Source: an uncultured Gemmatimonadales bacterium (lineage in GTDB: Bacteria; Gemmatimonadota; Gemmatimonadetes; Gemmatimonadales; GWC2-71-9). From it: a stretch of DNA of 64,000 nucleotides. The stretch spans positions 96,001-160,000 of the forward strand of contig CAWHFW010000003.1 in assembly GCA_963828735.1 (NCBI GenBank). Reading direction: 5' to 3'. The translations under genes were made by a program, and so were the position numbers. The stretch's first letter is position 1, and each line of letters begins with the position of its first letter. Below the pieces are notes generated by a model. It ran no database searches. It was not told where the DNA came from and was given only the letters and a program-made list of their open reading frames with translations. Positions 18,914 to 28,853 of this stretch are shown here, piece by piece.

Positions 18914-19630
18914 ATGAAAGCAGGATCGAAGCGGACCGCGCCGACTCCCGAGCCGAAGGGCAGCCACCCCACGCCGGCACGCGGCGCCGGCACGGGCTCG
19001 GCCGCGGATTTTCTGCCAGCGCGGCCGACCCTTTCGCGGCTCCGCGCCGCGGCTGCCGGCTGCCGCGGATGCCAGCTGTACCTCCACGCCACTCAGACCG
19101 TATTCGGCGAGGGCCCGCGTCAGGCGGAGGTGATGCTGGTCGGAGAACAGCCGGGCGATCAGGAAGACCTGCAGGGACACCCGTTCGTTGGCCCCTCGGG
19201 TCGGTTGCTGGACGAGGGGCTCGCCGAGGCGGGCATCGATCGCCGGCGGGTCTACGTCACCAACGCGGTCAAGCACTTCAAGTTCGTGCGGATCGAGCTG
19301 ACGAGGCGGCGGCTGCACAAGAAGCCGTCGCCGGGTGAAGTGCGGGCCTGTCGCCCGTGGCTCGAGGAGGAGATCCGGCTGGTGCGTCCACGGGTGATCG
19401 TCGCGCTCGGGGCGACGGCGGCTCAGGCGCTGCTCGGCCCCGCATTCAAGGTGACGCGGCAGCGAGGTAAGGTGATTCGCTCGGAGTGGGCGGACGCCGT
19501 GGTGGCAACCGTGCACCCGTCTTCGGTGCTGCGGGCGCCGGCTGACGCGCGTGACGAGGCTCGGCGGGGGTTCTTCGCGGACCTTCGGCTGGTCGGGCGG
19601 CTGGTCGAACGGAAGGCAGCCGCTGGCTAG
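18914..19630 (+). CDS. udgX: UdgX-type uracil-DNA binding protein (family-4 UDG relative)
   Basis: CRGC Fe-S motif, GEQPG motif A, KHFKF, R-loop RRRLHKKP (cf. KRRIH), ACRPWL and HPSS motif B. Confidence 0.88.
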   Translation: MKAGSKRTAPTPEPKGSHPTPARGAGTGSAADFLPARPTLSRLRAAAAGCRGCQLYLHATQTVFGEGPRQAEVMLVGEQPGDQEDLQGHPFVGPSGRLLDEGLAEAGIDRRRVYVTNAVKHFKFVRIELTRRRLHKKPSPGEVRACRPWLEEEIRLVRPRVIVALGATAAQALLGPAFKVTRQRGKVIRSEWADAVVATVHPSSVLRAPADARDEARRGFFADLRLVGRLVERKAAAG

Positions 19631-19664
19631 GCATCGGCGCGGGCCCGGGCCCGCGCCGATGCCT
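19629..19664. terminator. Perfect 36-bp palindrome between convergent genes, probable bidirectional terminator
   Basis: aggcatcggcgcgggccc|gggcccgcgccgatgcct. Confidence 0.6.
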
Positions 19665-19672
19665 CGTGGCGT

Positions 19673-22273
19673 TTATCCCTGAGCGGCCTCCTCCGCATCG
19701 CGCATGGAGGCCACGGCGGCGCTCACGTCGCATGCCATCGTGCGCTCCCGCCGCAGTTGCTCGACCACCGCTTCCGCCTGCTTGATCTGGAACGTCAGCG
19801 CCCCCGAGCGCTCGATCACGTGCTCGACCACGGCGCGCTGCGCCTGGAGGGCCTCCACCGTGGAGCGGACCTCCAGGGCGAGGGCCTCCGCCCGCGCCAG
19901 GCGCTGCTCGGTGCGCTCGAGCTGCCGCCGCCGCGCCTCGAACCCGTGCAGCGCGTCCTCGGCGGACTTGAGTTGAGCGTGAGTCTCCTGCAGCAGCTGG
20001 TAGGTCTCCTCGATCTCCCGGCGCGAGCCGCCGATGGTCTGGGCGTGCTCCACCGCCCGGTCCGCCAGGTCGAACACGTGCTTCACCTGTGCCTCGAGCG
20101 CATCCACCGCGCCCTGACGGGCGAGGGTCTGCTCGAGCCCGCGCGCGGCCTCCACCTGGGCCGACTCCCATTTGGCCAGCAGTCCCTCGAACTGGGTGAG
20201 CTGCCGATCGACCGGCTTGAGCGCGTCGGCACGCTTGGCGAGCTCGCCGGTGAGGCGGTCGAGCCCCTGCGCCTGCGTCTCCGCCTTCTGGAGCGTGGTG
20301 CCGATGCCGCGCGAGAGCTCCTCGAGGCGCTGCGCCGTCTCCGCCGACTCCTGGCGGAGCGCGGACGCCCGCGTCAGGTGCTCGGTTGCCTTGTCCAGCG
20401 CGCCCTGTCGCTGCTCGAGCTCCTGGCCCAGGAGGCGAATGCGCTCCTCGAGCTCATCGAGCTGCGTGGTGCGGCTCTCCAGCCCGCGGACTGACCCGTC
20501 CACCGCGTCGAGCCGGCGCTCCGCCGCGCCGACAGAGGCCGCGACATCCGCGATCGTATCCGAGACGCGGTGTGCTTCCTCGGCCTGAGAGGCGAGCTGG
20601 GCGAACCGGCTCTCCGCGCCATCCATCCGGCCGCGGAGGCCCTCGGCCCGGTCCTTGAGCTCGGCGCTGAGGGTGCCCAGATCCACCAGACGCCGGTGCA
20701 CCTCGTCGACCGTCCCACGGCGAGACTCGATCTCGCCCATCGCGGCCCGCACTTGCTCCACGTCGGCGCGGATCCGTTCGACCGCGGGCTCCATCCCCAG
20801 GAGCTCCTTGACCTGCGCCTCGACCTTGCGGGTCCAGCCGTCGGTCGTGGTGAGCCACGTCTGGGTCTCCGCGTGGCTCTCGCGCACCCGGATCATCTCG
20901 CCCTGCGACAGCCGCATCTGCTCCAGCCCGTCGGCCATCATCTCGTGGGTGCCCTTGAGCGTGGCGAGCTGGTGGATCGCCTCGTCGAGCTGGGGCTTGA
21001 GCGCCTCGATGCGCTGCATCCGCTCGGCGGTGTCGCCCGCCAAGGTCTCGAGGTGCTCCGCGTTGTCGCGCATGACCGCGATCCGCCGCGCCTCCTCTGA
21101 CTGGCGCACGAGCTCCTGGGAGAGCGCGCCTGCCTGCTCGGTGAGGCTTCGGACCTGCGCCTGGACCGCCGCCGCCCCCTGACTCGCCGCGTCGAGCACC
21201 GCGAACCGCGCCTCGCATTCCTTGACCGCCGCGCGCAGGTCGCCGACGCGCTCGCTCACGGCATGGAGACCACGATTCTCAAGCTCGAAGCTCTCGCTGC
21301 TCTTCCGCATCTGCTCCCGCAGGTCGGCCAGCGCCTGACGGGCGGCCTGCTGCGCCGACTCCGCCTCCTGCTGGGCCCCCTGCAGCTCGTCGTTTCGCGC
21401 CATGACCTTCACGTGCAGCGCCTGCACGTCCGCGATCTTCGTCTCGATCGCGCCGAAGCGCCGGATCTGCTCCTCCTGACGCCGGAGCCAGGTGTCGAGC
21501 TCGCGGTCCATGACGGTGAGCTTGCTGATCTGGCCGGCCGCCCGATCGACCGCCTCGCGCTGCTGCTCAAGCGACGTGGTCTTCTGCGCCAGGTGGTCGG
21601 CGAGCGACTTGAGCACGGCGAGCTGATGCTGTACGCCTGGAATCGACTCGGTGGCCTGGGTCAGCGGGTCGAGCGAGCGCTCGACGGTCTGCAGCCGGCG
21701 GCTGGTCTCGTCCAGGCGGCCAAGCGCGGCTTGGTGCTCCTGGTCGATCGCCTCGAGGCGGGTGGTGGTGTGGCGGTGGGCGCTCAAGGCGTCGTCGTGC
21801 TGGGCGCGGATGCGGCCGACCCCCTCCGACATCTCGGCGATCTGGCCCCGCAGGGACTCGGTCTCGCTCCGGAGCGCCGTGACCGGACCCTCCATGCTCA
21901 GCACGCGCTCGACGTCCTCCCGTAGCTGCAGCGCGCCTTCGACCTTGTGGCCGAGGTCGCCCATTCGGGTCTGGATGCGGTCCATCTCCTCACCCGCACT
22001 CACCAGCCGCTCGGCCTGACGCTCCGCCTCGGCGAGGCGCGCCCCGAGCGCCTCGAGGTCCTGCACCTGGCGCTCCACCGCGGTGCAGCGCTCCCGCAGC
22101 GTGTCCAGCTCGGCCGCACGTTCCAGGACCGGCGCCAGTTGACGCAGCTGCTCCGCCGCGGTTTCCGCGCGGCGAACCAGAGCCTCCAGAGCGGCGGCGA
22201 TGTTCGCCCCATTCTTGTCTACGGCGACCACGGAGTCGTCGTCGCGGCGGCGGCCTTTCAGGAACGTGACCAT
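19673..22273 (-). CDS. 866-aa coiled-coil protein of unknown function
   Basis: E/A/L/R/Q-rich heptad-like sequence throughout; no Walker A, TM or globular domain recognised; GGAG RBS. Confidence 0.85.
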   Translation of the reverse strand: MVTFLKGRRRDDDSVVAVDKNGANIAAALEALVRRAETAAEQLRQLAPVLERAAELDTLRERCTAVERQVQDLEALGARLAEAERQAERLVSAGEEMDRIQTRMGDLGHKVEGALQLREDVERVLSMEGPVTALRSETESLRGQIAEMSEGVGRIRAQHDDALSAHRHTTTRLEAIDQEHQAALGRLDETSRRLQTVERSLDPLTQATESIPGVQHQLAVLKSLADHLAQKTTSLEQQREAVDRAAGQISKLTVMDRELDTWLRRQEEQIRRFGAIETKIADVQALHVKVMARNDELQGAQQEAESAQQAARQALADLREQMRKSSESFELENRGLHAVSERVGDLRAAVKECEARFAVLDAASQGAAAVQAQVRSLTEQAGALSQELVRQSEEARRIAVMRDNAEHLETLAGDTAERMQRIEALKPQLDEAIHQLATLKGTHEMMADGLEQMRLSQGEMIRVRESHAETQTWLTTTDGWTRKVEAQVKELLGMEPAVERIRADVEQVRAAMGEIESRRGTVDEVHRRLVDLGTLSAELKDRAEGLRGRMDGAESRFAQLASQAEEAHRVSDTIADVAASVGAAERRLDAVDGSVRGLESRTTQLDELEERIRLLGQELEQRQGALDKATEHLTRASALRQESAETAQRLEELSRGIGTTLQKAETQAQGLDRLTGELAKRADALKPVDRQLTQFEGLLAKWESAQVEAARGLEQTLARQGAVDALEAQVKHVFDLADRAVEHAQTIGGSRREIEETYQLLQETHAQLKSAEDALHGFEARRRQLERTEQRLARAEALALEVRSTVEALQAQRAVVEHVIERSGALTFQIKQAEAVVEQLRRERTMACDVSAAVASMRDAEEAAQG

Positions 22274-22671
22274 GGCTCACTCCAGTGAAGAGCGCGGAAG
22301 CTTCGCATCGGGGCGTTTGGGCGCGCGGTGAAGAAGATTTTGACAGGGCGGACCAAGGCACGGTCTGCAACGCGTGTGCCCAGTCGCTTTCGTGGCCGAG
22401 AATGATCGCGTCCCGACATTGGCGCATGTCGCAAGCGACTGAGGCGATGGGGGATGGAGACGTGGGCGCCGAACGGATGCAGGCGAAGGTACGCGTGACC
22501 GGCAGATCGTGCATCGCGACCTGCCGGGGTTGTGGCAGGTCGCGTGAGCCGATCATCGACCGGCCCGAGCGATTTTTCGTCGCTTCGTGCGTGACCCGGC
22601 TCACGACGCGCGCTCGTACGTCGGCCTAGGTTGCCTTTCGCATGAGCGCACTACCGCATCTGGAGGGACGC

Positions 22672-23013
22672 ATGGCTGACAACAGGAATTGGGACCAGGA
22701 AGATCTGTGGTGGAAGGAAAACTTCAATTCTCGCCCATATGCCGCGGGATACACCTATGAGGAGTTTCGCCCGGCCTATCGCTACGGCTTCGAATCGGGT
22801 CGCCACAGCTTGGGGCGCACCTGGCACGAGGTCGAGGCCGACCTTCGGACCGGGTGGGACAAGTATCGATTCCGGCCCGAGCGGGGATCGACGTGGGACA
22901 AGGTGAAGGACGCCGTCATGGACGCCTGGCATCGTGTCACCGGACAGCAGGACCTGGACGTCGAGAAGATGAGCGAATCCAGCGAGAAAGTGCGTACGAC
23001 GCGGAACGCCTAG
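22672..23013 (+). CDS. Small Trp/Tyr-rich hypothetical protein (stress-associated type)
   Basis: [20 protein letters not shown]...[14 protein letters not shown]...[13 protein letters not shown]. Confidence 0.8.
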   Translation: MADNRNWDQEDLWWKENFNSRPYAAGYTYEEFRPAYRYGFESGRHSLGRTWHEVEADLRTGWDKYRFRPERGSTWDKVKDAVMDAWHRVTGQQDLDVEKMSESSEKVRTTRNA

Positions 23014-23051
23014 CAGACCGCAGGATCAAGCGAAGCCGAGCATGGAAACGG

Positions 23052-23078
23052 ACGGGCCCGCGATTTTCGCGGGCCCGT
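23052..23078. terminator. Bidirectional terminator hairpin
   Basis: acgggcccgcga-ttt-tcgcgggcccgt between convergent genes. Confidence 0.7.
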
Positions 23079-23097
23079 TCGCTGTTCGCCCGACGAT

Positions 23098-23968
23098 TCA
23101 GGCGTGCTGGAGGCCGAGCCGCTCCATGGTCTCCTCGTCGAGCTGGAGCATGCGCGGCGCCCGTGTTTTCCTCCAGATGCTTCACGCTCGAGGTCCCGGG
23201 AATGGGGAGCATGACCGGGGAGCGACGGAGCAGCCAGGCAAGCGCCACCTGGGAAGGCGTGGCGTTCAGTCGCTCGGCGGCGGCCGCCAGCGACCCACGG
23301 GTCGTCGCGAGGTCACCCGTGGCCAGCGGGAACCAGGGGATGAACCCGAGGTTCTCGGCCTCGCAATACTCGAGCACATCCTCGCTCTTGCGGTTCGAGA
23401 GGTTGTAGAGGTTCTGAATGCTCACCACGTCGGCGAGGCGACGGACCTCTTCGATCTGGTCCACGCTGACCTCGGACAGGCCGATATGGCGGATCTTCCC
23501 TTCCTCCTGCAGGCGGGTCAACGCACCGATCTGATCGGCCACGGGGACCTTGGGATCGATACGGTGCAGCTGGAGCAGGTCGATCCGTTCGAGACGAAGC
23601 CGCTGCAGGCTGCCATGGACCCGTTCCCGGAGGTATTCGGGGCGCCCGTCCTCCCGCCACTGGTTCGGGCCAGGCCGGCGAAAACCCGCCTTGGTCGCGA
23701 TCACGAGCTCCGGCGGATAGGGGTACAGGGCCTCCGCGATGAGGCGCTCGCTCACGTCTGGTCCGTACGAGTCCGCAGTATCGATGAGAGTGATACCGAG
23801 CTCGAGGGCCCGGCGGAGGACGCGAATGGCCTCGTCGTGATCCTCGGGCGGCCCCCAGATGCCCTGCCCTGTGATGCGCATCGCGCCGAAGCCGAGCCGG
23901 TGTACGGGGAGATCCCCGCCGATCGTAAACGTGCCGCTCCTGGCCGCGGGGCGCAGATCGTCAGTCAT
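23098..23968 (-). CDS. Aldo/keto reductase (apparent frameshift near C-terminus at ~23153)
   Basis: [24 protein letters not shown] and PIPGTSS motifs; natural-looking tail [17 protein letters not shown] lies in another frame ending at 23098. Confidence 0.88.
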
Positions 23969-24112
23969 TCTGTCAGTCCTCCGTCGATGGACGACGCGAC
24001 CGCTTGCTGGTCGCGCCGATAGGCGGGAACATGCCCGGCGCCCACGCGCCGCGGCGGCGACCCGCGTCACCAAACGGGGGACCGGCGGTATATTGTTCCT
24101 CCCTTTCCCCGG

Positions 24113-25534
24113 ATGGGACTTCCCGTGCCTCTTCGCCTCCGCTCCCGCGCCGCCGTGGGAGCGCTCCTCCTGATGGTCTCCCCGGTCGTGCGGCCAACCA
24201 TGCTCGCCGGCCAGACATCACGGGACGATCGCGAAGCCCGCGCCATCTACGCCGAGCTGATCGGGATCAACACGACGCAGGCCCACGGCACCGCGCACGC
24301 GGTCCAGGCGTTGGCACGTCGGTTCCTGGCAGCCGGGTTTCCCGCGAAGGACGTCGTGACCGTAGGCCCAAACGCGCTCAAGCAGAACCTGGTGGTGCGC
24401 CTCCGCGGGTCCGGCGCGCGGAAGCCGATCCTGCTGCTGGCCCATCTCGACGTGGTGGAGGCGCTGCGAACGGACTGGTCGCTGGAGCCGTTCGTGCTGA
24501 CCGAGAAGGACGGCTACTTCTACGGCCGGGGCACGAGCGACATCAAGGACGGGGCCGCCATCTTCGTCCAGACGCTGATGCGCCTCAAGCGGGAAGGGGT
24601 CCCGCTCGACCGGGATGTGATCCTCGCCCTCACGGCGGACGAGGAGACGGGAGACCACAATGGCGTCGAGTGGCTGCTGGCGAACCGCCGCGACCTCATC
24701 GATGCCGCCTACTGTATTAACGCCGATGCCGGCGACCCGGTCATGCGGGACGACAAGGTGTACGAACGGAACGTCGAGGCGAGCGAGAAGGTGTACATGG
24801 ACCTCCGCCTCGAGGTCCGGAATCCCGGCGGCCACAGCTCCGTGCCGGTGAAGGAGAACGCGATCTACCAGCTCGCCGCGGCGCTCGATCGGTTCTCCAA
24901 GTACGAGTTCCCGCCCCGGCTCAACGAAGTGACCCGCGCCTATTTCTCGCGAGCGGCCGCGTCGGAGCCCGACACCATCGCGGCCCGCATGCGGATGGTC
25001 GGCGAGACGGGCGACACCACCGCCATGCGGCGCCTCTCCGAGGGCTCAGCCTGGCTGAGCTCGATCCTCCGAACCACCTGCGTCGCCACCCGGCTGGACG
25101 CGGGCCATGCGAACAACGCCCTGCCCCAGACCGCCGGCGCGAACATCAACTGCCGGATGCTGCCGGACGAGAAGCCGGAAGACGTGATCGAGACCATCCG
25201 GCGGATCGTGGCGGACACCAACGTTCACATCACCGTGACCTCGGAGCCCGTGGCGTCGCCGCCGTCGCCGCTGGACCCGGACGTCCTGGAGCCGATCGAC
25301 AGCATCACCGCGGCGATGTGGCCCGGCGCGGCCGTGGTGCCAAGCATGGACGCGGGCGCGTCCGACGGACTGTTCCTCCGGAACGCGGGGATGCCGGTGT
25401 ACGGCGTGTCGGGCGTGCCGCTCGACTACGACGACATCCGGTGGCACGGTCGGGACGAACGGATTCGGGTCAGCGCGTTCTATCAGGGGCTGGAGTTCAT
25501 CGGGAGGCTGGTCCGGGCGCTGGCGGGGAAGTAG
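24113..25534 (+). CDS. M20/M25/M40 family metallopeptidase (secreted)
   Basis: [22 protein letters not shown] and HGRDER motifs. Confidence 0.93.
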   Translation: MGLPVPLRLRSRAAVGALLLMVSPVVRPTMLAGQTSRDDREARAIYAELIGINTTQAHGTAHAVQALARRFLAAGFPAKDVVTVGPNALKQNLVVRLRGSGARKPILLLAHLDVVEALRTDWSLEPFVLTEKDGYFYGRGTSDIKDGAAIFVQTLMRLKREGVPLDRDVILALTADEETGDHNGVEWLLANRRDLIDAAYCINADAGDPVMRDDKVYERNVEASEKVYMDLRLEVRNPGGHSSVPVKENAIYQLAAALDRFSKYEFPPRLNEVTRAYFSRAAASEPDTIAARMRMVGETGDTTAMRRLSEGSAWLSSILRTTCVATRLDAGHANNALPQTAGANINCRMLPDEKPEDVIETIRRIVADTNVHITVTSEPVASPPSPLDPDVLEPIDSITAAMWPGAAVVPSMDAGASDGLFLRNAGMPVYGVSGVPLDYDDIRWHGRDERIRVSAFYQGLEFIGRLVRALAGK

Positions 25535-25593
25535 ATCCGTCGGCGGTCGGCGCGATGCACCGGACCGGAAGCCAACTTCCCAGCTTCACCACG

Positions 25594-26880
25594 CTACTTC
25601 ACCACCTCCCCGCCCTTCATCACCATCCGCACCCGGCGGAGCGCGGCAATCTCCCGCGTCGGGTCGCCCTGGACGGCCACCAGGTCGGCGAGGAGGCCGG
25701 GTGCGATGCGGCCGAGGCGCTGGTCGAGGTGGAACACCTTCGCGTTGACGCTCGTCGCGGAGCGGAGGGCGGCGAGCGGGCTCATGCCGTACTCCACCAT
25801 CGCCTCGAGCTCGCGCACGTTGTCCCCGTGGGCGAAGACGCCGACGTCACCGCCGAAGCAGATGGTGACGCCCGCCTCGAGCGCCGCCTTGAAGCTGGTG
25901 CGCTTCGCGACGAGCGCCGGGGTCGGCTTGTCCCGGCCCTTCACCCAGCCGTCGAAGTAGGTGGCATACGCCTCCCCGGCGGCGAGCGTCGGGCAGAGCG
26001 CCACGCCACGCTGCCGCATGAGGCGGAACACCTCGGGCGTTCCCTCATCGCCGTGCTCGATGGTCTCGACCCCGGCCAGGACGGCGCGCCGCATCCCCTC
26101 GGGCGTCATGGCGTGCGCGGCAACCGGCCGTCCCGCGCCTCGCGCGGCCGCCACGAGGACTTCGAGCTCGTGCTGCGTGAAGGTCGGCCGGAGCTGGCCG
26201 CCGGGGCCCCAGCCGTAGTCGGCGTAGACCTTGATCCAATCCGCGCCGCGCCCGACCTGACTCCGGACCACCCGAGTGATCGCGTCGTCGCCATCGGCCT
26301 CCTCCGCGCCCTGGGGCGGGTCGAACGCATAGCGCGGCCGCGACGGCCCGTAGCTGCCGGTGGCCACGATGGCGCGAGTGACCACGAGGAGGCGCGGGCC
26401 AGGCACGATTTTCTGCTCGATCGCGCGGCGGAGCTGGACATCGTTGTCGAGCGCGCCCTCGGTGCCGAGGTCCCGCTCGGTGGTGATGCCCGCCCGGAGC
26501 GTCACCCCGGCGTGCGCGACCGCGCGGGCGATCCGAAGGCCGAGCGGCTCCTTCAGCACCTGGTCGTCCCACAGGGTCTCGCTGTAGGGGTGAAGAAAGA
26601 GATGCGAGTGCCCCTCGATGAGCCCGGGCAGGAGCGTCGTGCCTGCCAGCGTCACCTTCGTCGTGCCGGCAGGCGCCGCGACACGGGCCTCGGGGCCGAC
26701 GGCGGCGATCGTGTCCCCCTTGACCAGCACGACCCAGCCGCGCTGCGGTGCGTCGGCGACGCCGTCCCACACCGCGTCCGGCACCAGGAGCGACGCCGCT
26801 CCGCTGTCGGTCTGGGCCGATGCAGTGACGGCGCAAAGCGAAGTGATGATTAGAGTTAGTAAGCCAGCCAAGGCACGCAT
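25594..26880 (-). CDS. Amidohydrolase family metal-dependent hydrolase (secreted)
   Basis: [25 protein letters not shown] and G.I.PG.LADLV motifs; signal peptide. Confidence 0.92.
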   Translation of the reverse strand: MRALAGLLTLIITSLCAVTASAQTDSGAASLLVPDAVWDGVADAPQRGWVVLVKGDTIAAVGPEARVAAPAGTTKVTLAGTTLLPGLIEGHSHLFLHPYSETLWDDQVLKEPLGLRIARAVAHAGVTLRAGITTERDLGTEGALDNDVQLRRAIEQKIVPGPRLLVVTRAIVATGSYGPSRPRYAFDPPQGAEEADGDDAITRVVRSQVGRGADWIKVYADYGWGPGGQLRPTFTQHELEVLVAAARGAGRPVAAHAMTPEGMRRAVLAGVETIEHGDEGTPEVFRLMRQRGVALCPTLAAGEAYATYFDGWVKGRDKPTPALVAKRTSFKAALEAGVTICFGGDVGVFAHGDNVRELEAMVEYGMSPLAALRSATSVNAKVFHLDQRLGRIAPGLLADLVAVQGDPTREIAALRRVRMVMKGGEVVK

Positions 26881-27089
26881 GTGGCCGATCTCTCCTGTCG
26901 CATTGCGGGGTGTCATCTAACCAAAACCGCCTACGGTGTGAGGCGGACATCTTGACGCGTTGCCGCTGGACCCGTAATGTCGCTCCGTCGTTTCCCACCG
27001 CTGGTCCGCTTACCTCACCCGTCTCGCCTTCTGGTTCGTTCGGTCGGAGAGATGCTGCTCAGTATCCCACTGATGGATGGAGGTAGCAC

Positions 27090-27563
27090 ATGGACGCACT
27101 CGTCGCGCTGGCGCTCAGCATCGGTGTCCTCATCGCGGGTTGGACCTACGTCGCGCTGGGACCGGGCGCGTTGCCAGTGTGGGCAGGGATCGTGGCCTGG
27201 GGCTGCTTCTTTGCCGCCGGCGGCAAGACCGAGGGGCTGACCAAGACGATCGCCGCCAATCTCAGCGGTGTGTTCTGGGCCTTCTTCGCGCTCACCGCGT
27301 GGGGCAAGCTCGGCGGCGGGGTACCCGTCCTCTCCGCGCTGGTCGGCGTGGCGGCCATCTGCATGGTGCTCCAGGCCAAGGTCAGCATCCTCGGCTTCAT
27401 TCCCGGCGCCTTCCTGGGTGCGGCTACCGCGGTCAGTGTCGTCGTCGGCGCCAACGGGACGTGGTCGAAGACCATCCTCGCCCTCGTGATCGGCGCGATC
27501 CTCGGATACCTGTCGGAGATGTTGGCGGGCGCGATCAGCAAGCCGGCCAAAGCCGCCGCGTAG
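27090..27563 (+). CDS. DUF1097-like membrane protein
   Basis: WAGIVAWGCFFAAGG, N.SGVFW and FIPGAFLG.A motifs; GGAGG RBS. Confidence 0.8.
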   Translation: MDALVALALSIGVLIAGWTYVALGPGALPVWAGIVAWGCFFAAGGKTEGLTKTIAANLSGVFWAFFALTAWGKLGGGVPVLSALVGVAAICMVLQAKVSILGFIPGAFLGAATAVSVVVGANGTWSKTILALVIGAILGYLSEMLAGAISKPAKAAA

Positions 27564-27582
27564 CGGTCCACGGCTCAAGTAT

Positions 27583-27625
27583 ACGACGGGCGCGAGCCCC
27601 GGCTACCCGGGCTCGCGCCCGTCGT
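27583..27625. terminator. Bidirectional terminator hairpin
   Basis: 17-bp perfect stem acgacgggcgcgagccc/gggctcgcgcccgtcgt between convergent genes. Confidence 0.75.
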
Positions 27626-27628
27626 GCG

Positions 27629-28780
27629 TCACGGCACCAACGCCTCCATCATCCGCACCCGCAGCCCTCCGTTCTCGGTGGTGAACCGGGGCTCGAGGGG
27701 CAGAGCCGTCTGGTGTTCCAACTCGGGGTGCGCGGTCAGCATCGCCACGTGCCATCCCGAGCACCTCGCCCGCAGCACATGCCCGAGCTGCGCGTAGAGA
27801 TCGCGCAGGCGCTTCCGCTCACCGACCCGCACCCCGTAGGGTGGGTTCGTCACCACCCAGCCCGGGCCCGCCGGGGGCACGATGGCGGAGATCGCCGCGC
27901 GCCGCCACTCGACGTCGGAGCCCACGCCCGCCCGCTCGGCGTTGGCGGACGCGGCTTCCACGGCCCCCGCGTCCCGGTCCGATCCCAGAATGGCCACCGG
28001 CGCTCGCGGCAGGATTCTCGAGCGGGCCGCCGAGAGCACGCCATCCCACGCCTGCTGATCGAATTCGGCCCAGTGCTGAAAAGCGAACTCGCGACCGATT
28101 CCCGGCGGGATGCGCCGCGCGACCAGCGCGGCTTCGATCGGGATCGTCCCCGATCCGCACATGGGATCGAGCAGCGGCGCCGAGCCGTCCCAACCGGCGC
28201 CGGCCAGCATCGCGGCCGCGAGCGTCTCGCGCAGAGGGGCCTTCGCGGACGCCAGCCGATAGCCCCGGCGATGAAGCAGCTCGCCAGAGGCATCCGCGCT
28301 CACGGTGCACTCGTCGCGAAAGAGGCGCACCACGAACTCCTGTGCCGTTGCGCCTTCCACGGCCACCATCCCCGCGCCGGGCACCTTCGCCGTGACGGCC
28401 GCGCCGAGGCGCTGGGCGACGGCATCCTGGTGATAGAGACGGGATTTCCGTGAGGTCACCCGAAAGTCGACTGCCCCACCCGACGGTACGAACTCGCCCC
28501 AGGGTAGCCGGGCGGCGTGACGCTCGAGCTCGTGAAACGAGGCGGCGTGGAACGAGCCGAGCCGCACGAGCACGCGCGAGGCGATCCGGAGGTGCAGATT
28601 GGCCCCATACAGCCCCGGCATGTCCGTGAGAAAGGAGACTCCGCCGAGCTCGGGAGCATCGATCGTGAGCGGGTGTGTCCGCTGCAGCGTCCGCAGCTCG
28701 TCGGCGACGAGGGATTCGAGGCCCGGTGGCGCCACGGCGAAACATGCCGGCCGTGAGCCGGTCGCGGTGACGTGGCTCAT
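27629..28780 (-). CDS. THUMP-domain SAM-dependent RNA methyltransferase (RlmL-like)
   Basis: LHRRGYR, APLRETLAAAM, DPMCGSGT..IEAA and NPPYG motifs. Confidence 0.92.
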   Translation of the reverse strand: MSHVTATGSRPACFAVAPPGLESLVADELRTLQRTHPLTIDAPELGGVSFLTDMPGLYGANLHLRIASRVLVRLGSFHAASFHELERHAARLPWGEFVPSGGAVDFRVTSRKSRLYHQDAVAQRLGAAVTAKVPGAGMVAVEGATAQEFVVRLFRDECTVSADASGELLHRRGYRLASAKAPLRETLAAAMLAGAGWDGSAPLLDPMCGSGTIPIEAALVARRIPPGIGREFAFQHWAEFDQQAWDGVLSAARSRILPRAPVAILGSDRDAGAVEAASANAERAGVGSDVEWRRAAISAIVPPAGPGWVVTNPPYGVRVGERKRLRDLYAQLGHVLRARCSGWHVAMLTAHPELEHQTALPLEPRFTTENGGLRVRMMEALVP

Positions 28781-28853
28781 AGTCGCAAGCGCTGACCGCC
28801 CGCACTGTTAGGAAGACTCCCGTCGGCAGTCACCCATTCCCCCTTCGAGCGTC

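Noticed and set aside
19673..22273. SMC/SbcC annotation
   Set aside because: No Walker A/B, signature motif or hinge.
9640..22671. Sigma54 (-24/-12) promoters upstream of stress genes (TGGCA-like words at ~9661, ~12711, ~22357, ~22623)
   Set aside because: The GG-to-GC spacing is not the required 10 nt in any of them.
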